NCBI GenBank assembly: GCA_965261975.1
Contig: CBDHEC010000016.1
Coordinates: 1-48,419 of the forward strand
Reading direction: 5' to 3'
DNA length: 48,419 bases
Source: Alphaproteobacteria bacterium
GTDB lineage: Bacteria > Pseudomonadota > Alphaproteobacteria > UBA6615
Below the pieces are notes generated by a model. It had not been told where the DNA came from. It ran no database searches and saw only the letters and a list, made by a program, of their open reading frames with translations. Of this stretch, positions 27,841-35,350 are shown piece after piece (position 1 is the first letter of the stretch; every line of letters begins with the position of its first letter). A program made the translations under genes and the position numbers.

Positions 27841-28057
27841 AATGCTCAGGTGGTCGTTCACGTTAAAGGTCGGTGTACTTGAACCCTATACGGACCTCAC
27901 CGCACAGCTGCAGGGCGCGGACGAGTTCCCGTCATTACAGGACGAAGTGTTAGAGGCTGTTGAAGAGGTCATCCAGCGCAGGGCAGGCACCATGAAGGGT
28001 CTAGCGCAGGTGCGGGTGCTGGATGTGGAGCGAGCGAACGTGAAGGCTCTTGTATGA
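27827..28057 (+). CDS. Small hypothetical protein
   Basis: MMRNEMLRWSFTLKV..; overlaps the previous stop; last gene of the co-oriented backbone. Confidence 0.6.
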   Translation: MMRNEMLRWSFTLKVGVLEPYTDLTAQLQGADEFPSLQDEVLEAVEEVIQRRAGTMKGLAQVRVLDVERANVKALV

Positions 28058-28084
28058 GACGGGCTACTGCGTGGCGCAGCTGGA

Positions 28085-28591
28085 TTACCCTTGGCTGGGG
28101 AGCTCCCCAGTTTGGAGAAACCGAACAGCGTTATCGGTGTCTTCAATCAATACTGCGCCCTTTTCGGTTGCCTTCTCTATCTTCGACCAGCCCGGCGAAG
28201 ACCCAACAAGTAAAACTGATACTTTTTTCGTAACATTTGTCCGAACAATGAATTTGCCGCTCTCCTCAGCGAGTGCTTTTAGGTAATCCTTGTCCTCATC
28301 GCTGTAGCCGGTAATGCAAATCTCCGTTTTAGAGCCGTCATTTTGCTCTACCCGAAATCTGGGCGGCCTAGGCGGCATAATTGTGTAGTTCTTTTGCTGT
28401 TCGCTGGCCTCTCTTATGGCGGCATCTAGGTTTTCGTGATACGCCACAATCCTACTTTTGTTGAACTGCTTCCACTTGTTGGCAACTAGATCTCTACCTT
28501 CAACGTGCTTGTCGGTCTCATTGGTTACCTCAATGTGATAACCTTTGACCTCGTTCTTGCTGTTTTTATAAGTGATGTAGATTTCAGCCAT
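28085..28591 (-). CDS. WYL-like N-terminal domain plus BRCT domain protein
   Basis: ITYKNSKNEV..VEGRD..KQFNKSRI (WYL-like); EICITGYS..VRTNVTKKVSVLLVGSSPGWSKIEKATEKGAVLI (BRCT). Confidence 0.75.
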   Translation of the reverse strand: MAEIYITYKNSKNEVKGYHIEVTNETDKHVEGRDLVANKWKQFNKSRIVAYHENLDAAIREASEQQKNYTIMPPRPPRFRVEQNDGSKTEICITGYSDEDKDYLKALAEESGKFIVRTNVTKKVSVLLVGSSPGWSKIEKATEKGAVLIEDTDNAVRFLQTGELPSQG

Positions 28592-28772
28592 CGCTTACAC
28601 TCCCTCGATGCGCGCTCTTAGACAGACATTTCGCCCTCGAGGCGATCATCAATGCGGTGATAGAGGTGCGCGTTCTCATCGGAAAAGCCTACAGGCGCGG
28701 GCAAAACGCTGGCAACCGTTTCGCCCAAGCTTCACCAGCCGATACAAAAACAAAAATTGAAGGTAATCCAAG

Positions 28773-29225
28773 ATGTTTGGTTTATTCGCGTCTAAACGGA
28801 CGAAATTTGCAAAGAAGGGGAAAAATCTCTTTGACGTATATATCCCCTCTTTGAAAGGCATGACCTCATCCGAGATAGGCTTCGTCCTCGCGCAAGCGGT
28901 GCAAATCAAAGATGCATCCACGATGCACGGTTCCAAGGAAGATTTGGTCACCGTGTTTCATGACCCAATGTTGTTGCCTGAAACTGAGGCGTTTGAAACG
29001 TTGCGCCTTTGGGAGCGTCATATGCTGTCCCTAAATGGATCTTTAGAAGGAAGGGCGAAGGCGGCGTCTCTATCCATTTGGTATTTATCTGTTATTGCAT
29101 GCCAAATCCCTGAATTGAGGGTTCGCGGCCGAGAGATGTGGGCGGAGTTACAAAGAGGATATGAAGAGGCAAGTTTTAACCCCGACGAAGACGCTGTAAT
29201 CGGTTTGGAACCTGACTATCAGTAA
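28773..29225 (+). CDS. Hypothetical cargo protein
   Basis: 150-aa low-GC ORF with AAGG RBS. Confidence 0.7.
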   Translation: MFGLFASKRTKFAKKGKNLFDVYIPSLKGMTSSEIGFVLAQAVQIKDASTMHGSKEDLVTVFHDPMLLPETEAFETLRLWERHMLSLNGSLEGRAKAASLSIWYLSVIACQIPELRVRGREMWAELQRGYEEASFNPDEDAVIGLEPDYQ

Positions 29226-29449
29226 ACCCTTATCATGACCCGGGCGGGATCAAAACTGGTTCTGAGAAGGACAGGCAGGCGCTTTTCTCTTTGAAAGAGC
29301 TTGTTGTTTGGAACCAAACCCGCCTACCTCATTCGAATATGCGTCGGCCCATTTAAAATCGGCTGGATGTGGGTTTTTTTATGCTTCTATACCGCACCAC
29401 TATCCGTTGATAACCGTCGCCTGACGGTGATCAAGATACTTGATACTTG

Positions 29450-30217
29450 TTATCCTTGATCTATAAGTAGGCCGAATATTTTCATATCGCGTTCAAAATA
29501 ACTTTGAAGTTCGCGTAACTTCTCTGAATTTTTCTCCGTCTCACTCAAGTATTCTGCAGCCAGCGCCGCCATGCCCTCCTCGTCGCCATCTTCAGGCATA
29601 GGTCTATCAGCTAATGCCCCACTGACGGCAGAAATATAGATGGGATTATCGCCAACATCTTTTTGAAAATGGGCTAATGAAATTAGACTAATAGTGAGGT
29701 TTTCTTTCAGTTTTTTATCACCTAACTTGGCCGCAGTGATAAGACAAGATGCGATCTTTTCTTTTGGGTGTGGCAATAGCTTTTCGTCATAAAACGCGAT
29801 AGAGCTATCCTTATGCTTCATCATACAAAACCCGAAATCCGATATGACCTCTTCAGTCGTGGCGATCGCATCAGCACCGATATTTCTCAGGGCTAGTCCC
29901 CTCGGGGTAAATAAAAATCCGACAATGAATCCAGTGACGACCCATACCCATCCACTGATATTGAATTCGAATACTTTTATGTGATATCCCGTATATTCAA
30001 TCCAAATTATTACGGCAGTTAAACCAATTAATGCAAAAATTAATGTTGGAAAAATATCTCTTTTATTACCATAAAAAACGGAGCGTAACGTTGAGCCCAA
30101 GCAAACTGCAACGAGTGGATTTAGGAGACCCGACCACCCAAGGCTAGAAAAGAATGTATCAAATACAGGAATACTTGTAAAAAATACGATAACAACATAC
30201 ACCATGATAATAAACAT
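29450..30217 (-). CDS. Cargo membrane protein (about 4 N-terminal TM plus soluble C-terminal domain)
   Basis: AGGAG RBS, very low GC, hydrophobic first ~105 aa. Confidence 0.75.
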   Translation of the reverse strand: MFIIMVYVVIVFFTSIPVFDTFFSSLGWSGLLNPLVAVCLGSTLRSVFYGNKRDIFPTLIFALIGLTAVIIWIEYTGYHIKVFEFNISGWVWVVTGFIVGFLFTPRGLALRNIGADAIATTEEVISDFGFCMMKHKDSSIAFYDEKLLPHPKEKIASCLITAAKLGDKKLKENLTISLISLAHFQKDVGDNPIYISAVSGALADRPMPEDGDEEGMAALAAEYLSETEKNSEKLRELQSYFERDMKIFGLLIDQG

Positions 30218-30364
30218 GAATGACGCTCCTTAGCTCGAGTGCTTAGATTCTAACGTATGTCTGAAAAAAATTCTTGGAATCCGAATTTAATCTTCTTTCG
30301 GAAGCCGTTTGACGGCTACCTAACGTAGACACGCGAACCAGAATTGTGGATGAACCTCCAATCA

Positions 30365-30589
30365 TCAGGAATCACCCGAGTTCGGCACCTGCTTCTCAGC
30401 GACGTTACCGCAGACAGAGCAGGTGAACCGCTGCTGGATGTAGTCAACGTCGGGCCTCCCATCTTCCAGCCAGTCAGCAGGAATGACTTCCTCCCACTGG
30501 CCGCATGGTTGGCAATGGAGGGCAAGGGTCATGCCGGAACCGGCAAGGCCGGAGATGGTGCTTATGGTGATGGGGGTTTGGTCGAGCAT
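30365..30589 (-). CDS. Small zinc-binding protein (CxxC...CxxC)
   Basis: LHCQPCG and FTCSVCG pairs in 74 aa. Confidence 0.6.
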   Translation of the reverse strand: MLDQTPITISTISGLAGSGMTLALHCQPCGQWEEVIPADWLEDGRPDVDYIQQRFTCSVCGNVAEKQVPNSGDS

Positions 30590-30717
30590 GGGGTCAGTTT
30601 GGCGCCCCTGAGCGAGGCAGGCTACGTCGCCTAAAGGGTAATAGTGGATATCCTTCGAAGAACACGGAGTCCTCGCGAGGGTTTTTTATTCCAAATAGAT
30701 AAAGGGTATTCAGGTCA

Positions 30718-30987
30718 TTAAATCAGAAAATTTAACCCAAAACCTATTGCAGCAGAAATTCCACAGGTTACCACTCCAGAGATAAATAAACTCAATAAAA
30801 AATTCTTAAAAACATTGGTTTCCGATGCTGAGGAAAGGCGTCTCAAATGTTCTATTCTAAATAAATAATAACCCGGAACATAGATTAATGCGGTTATAAT
30901 AAGAAGAGGCCAATAATCTTGGTAGAAGCCAATAAAACCGCTACCGATTACGGATATCCATAATATTAATGCACCAACTGACCTCAT
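30718..30987 (-). CDS. Small cargo membrane protein (about 3 TM)
   Basis: Low GC, hydrophobic, GGGGAA RBS before MRSVG. Confidence 0.65.
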   Translation of the reverse strand: MRSVGALILWISVIGSGFIGFYQDYWPLLIITALIYVPGYYLFRIEHLRRLSSASETNVFKNFLLSLFISGVVTCGISAAIGFGLNFLI

Positions 30988-31009
30988 AAGATTCCCCCGA
31001 AAAAACCAG

Positions 31010-31303
31010 TTACCCCGTTGCCACATACAGCACTAACCCCGCCATTACGAAAAAGCCCCCTAGCAATAGGCTTGCGAGATTAACCCAAAGCCGATGCAAG
31101 CGGGATTTCATTAATCCTTTCCGCCTGAGCCATCTAGCCATGACGAAACGGAAAATTAATGCCAACAGTACCCAGACCGTTACTGCGGGGGCTGTGTCAA
31201 TAAATTCTAGGGCTTTATTAATGAGCGCGGGATCCTCACCGCCGACTTCAACAAGGTCTTTGCCGATGACGGATGTGTCGGCTTTTCGAAAAAAGAAGGA
31301 CAT
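31010..31303 (-). CDS. Small cargo membrane protein (2 TM)
   Basis: Two hydrophobic segments; start uncertain. Confidence 0.55.
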   Translation of the reverse strand: MSFFFRKADTSVIGKDLVEVGGEDPALINKALEFIDTAPAVTVWVLLALIFRFVMARWLRRKGLMKSRLHRLWVNLASLLLGGFFVMAGLVLYVATG

Positions 31304-31330
31304 TCGGTCAGCGTTTACAAGTTGTAACTA

Positions 31331-31368
31331 ACGCCCACGGCGCGCGCGCCGGATACGCAGGCCGAGCT
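31331..31368 (+). repeat. 38-bp direct repeat, copy 1
   Basis: ACGCCCACGGCGCGCGCGCCGGATACGCAGGCCGAGCT; 36/38 identical to 31904-31941. Confidence 0.9.
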
Positions 31369-31429
31369 GTCCCGGGGTGCACAGGGCGACGAGCTTCAGG
31401 TGTAGGGCGCGAACTGACATCGACTGGCG

Positions 31430-31759
31430 TTACTTCTTGAACTCGATCTCCAGAGCCACGACATCAACATCGCCGATGTTGGTCGCATTGTGCTCGACAG
31501 GCGCGATCACCATGCTTGACGTGCCATGCACATAGTCCACCTGCTTTGAAGAGCCGTCAGGGAAGTCGAAATGCAATTTCCCAGCCGATAGCTGGATCGG
31601 CATGTAGTTCATTTCGTGCCGATGCCACCCAGTCTGCTCACCGGGCTTGAATACCCAGTGGGTGACGATCATCTGATCGTCCTCCATCAGCACCTTATGC
31701 GTGGCGATAGGTCTGTCCGCAGCTTCGTCGGCTGTCTTCTCGGCTAACTTTGTGGACAT
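31430..31759 (-). CDS. Cupin-domain protein (cargo)
   Basis: WVFKPGEQTGWHRHEMNY, VEHNATN. Confidence 0.85.
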   Translation of the reverse strand: MSTKLAEKTADEAADRPIATHKVLMEDDQMIVTHWVFKPGEQTGWHRHEMNYMPIQLSAGKLHFDFPDGSSKQVDYVHGTSSMVIAPVEHNATNIGDVDVVALEIEFKK

Positions 31760-31903
31760 GATGCTTCTCCATTTCTAAAGCGCCAAAATTGTTATCAAAG
31801 AAGACGGAACCTGCAAGGTCCGACATAGTGCTGTCGGAAATGAGTGGCTTGGGAGTCATGCGGCCATCCAAGCGGCCAGACACCCGAAGAGTATCTAACG
31901 ACC

Positions 31904-31941
31904 ACGCCCACGGCGCGCGTTCCGGATACGCAGGCCGAGCT
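31904..31941 (+). repeat. 38-bp direct repeat, copy 2
   Basis: ACGCCCACGGCGCGCGTTCCGGATACGCAGGCCGAGCT. Confidence 0.9.
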
Positions 31942-32179
31942 TGATCACCTTACCGGCGATGCGGGCGGTCCGAACGGCGAAACGAGCGGCTTTGAGAGGT
32001 GGCATGGGGCTTTTCCCGAAAAACTAATCGAGATTTTGAATTTCACAATTAGCGTAATCAACGACCTCAGACGCGAAGTTAGCCGCATCAGAGGCATACT
32101 GTTTGAGTTTCCTGACATAGTCGTCAACGTCAGATTGGTATTGTCTGATATCGGATTGCTAAGCGTGCGCTGTGAACGC

Positions 32180-32764
32180 TTATGGCAATGCGGTTGCGCG
32201 GGCAAGTTGCTCCTCGATGGCGCTCACAACCTTTTCAGAGGTCGGCGAGGTTACGGATGAAAACCACCCGACCAATTTGCCGTCTGGTGCAATCAGGTAT
32301 TTGTGGAAGTTCCAACGCGGCTTCGACAGAGGGCTAAAATGGGTGGCGGCCCACTGGTAAAAGGGATGCGCCTTTTCGCCCCGCACATGAACCTTCTCAG
32401 TCATTGGGAAATCGATCCCGTAATTCACTTCACAGAATTGCTTGATCTCGTCCTCTGTGCCCGGCTCCTGTCCACCGAAGTCGTTCGAGGGCACAGCCAA
32501 GACCACGAGTCCCTTGTCGCGGTAGCGCGCCCACAGATCAGCAAGTGCGGAATATTGTGACGTAAAACCGCATTGGGATGCCGAGTTCACTACGAGCACG
32601 GCTTTGCCTGCGAATTGAGCGAGAGGGAGTGGATCACCCTCGATTGCTATAAAGCTGAAATCGTGGGCGCTAGGCACGCCGCCCTCCGCCGCCTGAACAG
32701 GGCCGGAAAACAACGCACACAACGCTATGACTAAAATTTTGCACGGTGAAACGGGGGCTCGCAT
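32180..32764 (-). CDS. Glutathione peroxidase family protein (Cys type, signal peptide)
   Basis: VVNSASQCGFT, PSNDFGGQEPG, PRWNFHKYLI. Confidence 0.92.
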   Translation of the reverse strand: MRAPVSPCKILVIALCALFSGPVQAAEGGVPSAHDFSFIAIEGDPLPLAQFAGKAVLVVNSASQCGFTSQYSALADLWARYRDKGLVVLAVPSNDFGGQEPGTEDEIKQFCEVNYGIDFPMTEKVHVRGEKAHPFYQWAATHFSPLSKPRWNFHKYLIAPDGKLVGWFSSVTSPTSEKVVSAIEEQLARATALP

Positions 32765-33221
32765 AAGTTTCGCTTCAAATCACACTAGATAAATTTGATA
32801 CGGTCCGATTTAGGCGCTGGATTACGAGCGCGCATCAATTGCCCAATCACGACGCTGGACAACGATCACCTGAAGTGGGAGCCGTTCATCCCATTTCAGG
32901 AGAAGGTGTCGTCAGCAATCGACGGCGCACTCGTTGAGCTGGTGCCTCAGGGGCGCGGGATCGTCTCGATCGAGTTGTTAGCCGAGGACAAGTTCGAGGT
33001 GGGGTCATGAGCAAGCGTCGCCCACTGCACCTTGCTGACTGATCCGCGCCCGTGCAATTCGTCGTTCTGGCGAATTGTTGAGTCAGTTTGATGCTAGGGG
33101 TGGAGATCGCAGCAAAAGGGTCGGTGCCGACCCTTTTGGTCAACGCCATGTCGCCGAACAAGCGGGGATGTCCAAGGATCAGAAAAAGTAGGGGCCCCAT
33201 ACTTTTTCTTTTGTTCTCACA

Positions 33222-33243
33222 GTAGTCCGCGTGTAGTACGCGC
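33222..33243 (+). repeat. Tandem 11-bp arm-type sites (right)
   Basis: GTAGTCCGCGT GTAGTACGCGC, similar to the left pair. Confidence 0.6.
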
Positions 33244-33272
33244 ATCATTTAAGAAAATATTTTTTGTAACAA

Positions 33273-33285
33273 TATCAATTATTTA
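33273..33285 (+). promoter_or_regulatory. IHF consensus site between the arm sites and the attR core
   Basis: TATCAA-TTAT-TTA matches WATCAANNNNTTR in an AT-rich tract. Confidence 0.6.
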
Positions 33286-33300
33286 TGAAGAAAAATATCG

Positions 33301-33316
33301 TAAGGAGAGGTTAAGG
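33301..33316 (+). repeat. attR core
   Basis: TAAGGAGAGGTTAAGG; GC returns to host level immediately after. Confidence 0.88.
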
Positions 33317-33339
33317 ATGTTTGCCCGGCCGGGCGGTCC

Positions 33340-33585
33340 CTAGTCGGCGGGGCCGTCGTTCGCCTCGTCGGCACCATCCGTGTCAATGCCGCCCGTATCC
33401 GAGGCCGCGCCTTCGCCGGCCTTCTCGGCCTGGATGCGCTCATAGACCTCTTGGCGATAGACCGAGACGTCTTCGGGGAAGGTCAGGCCGAGCTTGATCG
33501 ATTTGCCGCGCACATCGACGACCGTCACTTCGATGTCGTCGTTGATGATGATCGAGTCACCGATTTTTCGCGTCAGATAAAGCAT
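33340..33585 (-). CDS. csrA: Carbon storage regulator CsrA/RsmA
   Basis: MLYLTRKIGDSIIINDDIEVTVVDV..IKLG..PEDVSVYRQEVYERIQ. Confidence 0.9.
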   Translation of the reverse strand: MLYLTRKIGDSIIINDDIEVTVVDVRGKSIKLGLTFPEDVSVYRQEVYERIQAEKAGEGAASDTGGIDTDGADEANDGPAD

Positions 33586-33674
33586 GTCCCCATCGGCGGT
33601 CCGATGCTGCCGGTCTTACGTGACCCGCTCGGTTCCGCCGCACCTCCCCTGCGGTTGGGTTCAGCTTATACCGC

Positions 33675-33740
33675 TTTACCGTTTGTTAATAGCGCGCCGT
33701 GATACTGGCCGAAATCGATAAAGTTTTCGGCAAATTTGCC
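33675..33740. promoter_or_regulatory. CtrA-like box and FlbD ftr-like palindrome between csrA and flgB
   Basis: TTTA-CCGTTTG-TTAA (33675-33689); GGCAAATTTGCC (33729-33740). Confidence 0.45.
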
Positions 33741-33794
33741 ATTTTCGCGCGTTCGGAACTGCCTGCCCGGCGCGCGATGCTCACGGGACTGCCT

Positions 33795-34208
33795 ATGGAT
33801 TTCAATAATCTTCCCGTTCTGCAGATGATGACCAAGAAGATGTCCTGGTTGTCGCATCGCACCGAGATCATCTCGCAGAATGTCGCCCATGGCGATACGC
33901 CTTGTTTCAAGGCCAAGGATCTCAAGCAAGTGAGTTTCCGGGATCTTGTGCGCAAGGAAGGGAACCAAAACGGTTTCCCGCCAAACCGCACCCACGGGAC
34001 CCACCTGGTCGGCCTGCAGGCGCGCACGCCGTTCGCCACCGAGGGTGCACCGGATGCCCATGAGACCACCCTCGACAAGAACGATGTCAGCATCGAGCAG
34101 CAGCTGACCAAGCTTGGCGAGACCCAGATGGCCTACCAAACCACGCTTAATCTCTATCGCAAGCATCTCGAGTTGCTGCGCACGGCACTGACCCGGCCGG
34201 GTCGCTAG
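33795..34208 (+). CDS. flgB: Flagellar basal-body rod protein FlgB
   Basis: WLSHRTEIISQNVAHGDTP.FKAKDL; NDVSIEQQL; order flgB-flgC-fliE. Confidence 0.9.
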   Translation: MDFNNLPVLQMMTKKMSWLSHRTEIISQNVAHGDTPCFKAKDLKQVSFRDLVRKEGNQNGFPPNRTHGTHLVGLQARTPFATEGAPDAHETTLDKNDVSIEQQLTKLGETQMAYQTTLNLYRKHLELLRTALTRPGR

Positions 34209-34246
34209 CCGCGTGGCTCGTAAACCGGGAATGAGGAAACTCGCCA

Positions 34247-34657
34247 ATGTCTGATCTCAACAAGGCCATGCATATCGCCGCATCGGGCATGCTCGCCCAG
34301 AATGTGCGTGTGCGCGTGATCTCCCAGAACATCGCCAACGTCGACAGTTTGGCGACCAGCCCGAACCAGTTGCCCTATCAGAGACAGACCGTGAGTTTCC
34401 GCAACGTGTTCGATCGCGCGCTCGACACGGACAAGGTCGAGGTCCACGACATCGGTGTCGACAATTCGGAATTCAGCCGCCGCTTCGAGCCGGGGCATCC
34501 GGCCGCCGACGAGACGGGTTATGTGCTGCTGCCGAACGTTAAAACGATGATCGAGATGGTCGATCTTCGCGCCGCACAGCGCAGCTACCAGGCCAACCTG
34601 CGGGTTGTCGATGTCGCTCGCACGATGGTGTCGCGCACGCTGGAGCTCCTGCAATAA
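34247..34657 (+). CDS. flgC: Flagellar basal-body rod protein FlgC
   Basis: ISQNIANVDS, PYQRQ, FEPGHPAADETGYVLLPNV, AQRSYQANL. Confidence 0.95.
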   Translation: MSDLNKAMHIAASGMLAQNVRVRVISQNIANVDSLATSPNQLPYQRQTVSFRNVFDRALDTDKVEVHDIGVDNSEFSRRFEPGHPAADETGYVLLPNVKTMIEMVDLRAAQRSYQANLRVVDVARTMVSRTLELLQ

Positions 34658-34719
34658 CGATCCATAGTCCCTTTCCGTTCAACCACTAGCCGGCGATCCC
34701 TTGCCACGGGAGTTTTCGC

Positions 34720-35025
34720 ATGACTGCCAATCTCACAAGCGCCATCGGTGCCTACACAAACGCCGCCCGCGGCGGCGCCGGGGTCGAACCCCGACCTCAG
34801 GAAGCGGGCCAGAGTTTCTCCGACCTGGTCCAATCCGCCGCCGAAGGCGCATTGCAATCCGGTCTGCGGGCCGAGGCAGTAACCCTTGAAGCCATTGACG
34901 GCAGTGCGGAGGTCTCGGAAGTGGTGACCGCCATCGCCGATGCCGAGATGGCGCTGCAGACGGTCGTCGCCATGCGCGACCAGGTCGTCGCGGCCTATCA
35001 GGAAATTCTTCGTATGCCGATCTAG
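34720..35025 (+). CDS. fliE: Flagellar hook-basal body protein FliE
   Basis: VVTAIADAEMALQTVVAMRDQVVAAYQEILRMPI. Confidence 0.95.
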   Translation: MTANLTSAIGAYTNAARGGAGVEPRPQEAGQSFSDLVQSAAEGALQSGLRAEAVTLEAIDGSAEVSEVVTAIADAEMALQTVVAMRDQVVAAYQEILRMPI

Positions 35026-35069
35026 CGATCGGATTTCTTAAGGCCCCATCTCCGGCAGAAGGCTACCCG

Positions 35070-35336
35070 ATGGATACCGCCACCGTTCTCGACATTTCGC
35101 GTGAAGCCGTGATCGTGCTTCTGAAATTGTCGGCCCCGCTGATGATCACCGCGCTGGTTGTCGGCCTGACCGTCTCGCTGTTCCAGGCGTTGACCCAGAT
35201 TCAGGAAATGACCCTCGCATTCGTGCCGAAGATCCTCGTGATCTTTGTCTCGTTGCTGGTCTTCCTGCCGTTCATGATCACGACGCTGATTACCTTCACC
35301 GAAGGTCTGGCAGACCGAATTATCGGCCTTGGCTGA
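35070..35336 (+). CDS. fliQ: Flagellar export protein FliQ
   Basis: VSLFQALTQIQEMTLAFVPKI. Confidence 0.95.
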   Translation: MDTATVLDISREAVIVLLKLSAPLMITALVVGLTVSLFQALTQIQEMTLAFVPKILVIFVSLLVFLPFMITTLITFTEGLADRIIGLG

Positions 35337-35350
35337 CGGGCGGCGCGTTC

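Larger units (their letters stand above)
22171..33316 (+). mobile_element. 11.1-kb integrative phage-satellite-like element (int, alpA/xis, prim-pol, cargo)
   Basis: Exact 16-bp direct repeats at both ends, integrase adjacent to the left end, replication module, GC drop in cargo; it interrupts the flagellar cluster between the fliOP block and csrA/flgB. Confidence 0.9.

Noticed and set aside
31322-31433. Integron attC-like site (TAACGCC...GGCGTTA) after the cupin gene
   Set aside because: Only the outer 7 bp pair; no convincing L boxes, no other copies, and the integrase is arm-type rather than IntI.
31331-31941. CRISPR array from the 38-bp repeats
   Set aside because: Only two copies, 573 bp apart with a gene between them; no cas genes.
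32886-33248. 120-aa minus-strand ORF near attR
   Set aside because: Overlaps the arm-type sites, has no RBS or protein-like composition; probably noncoding.
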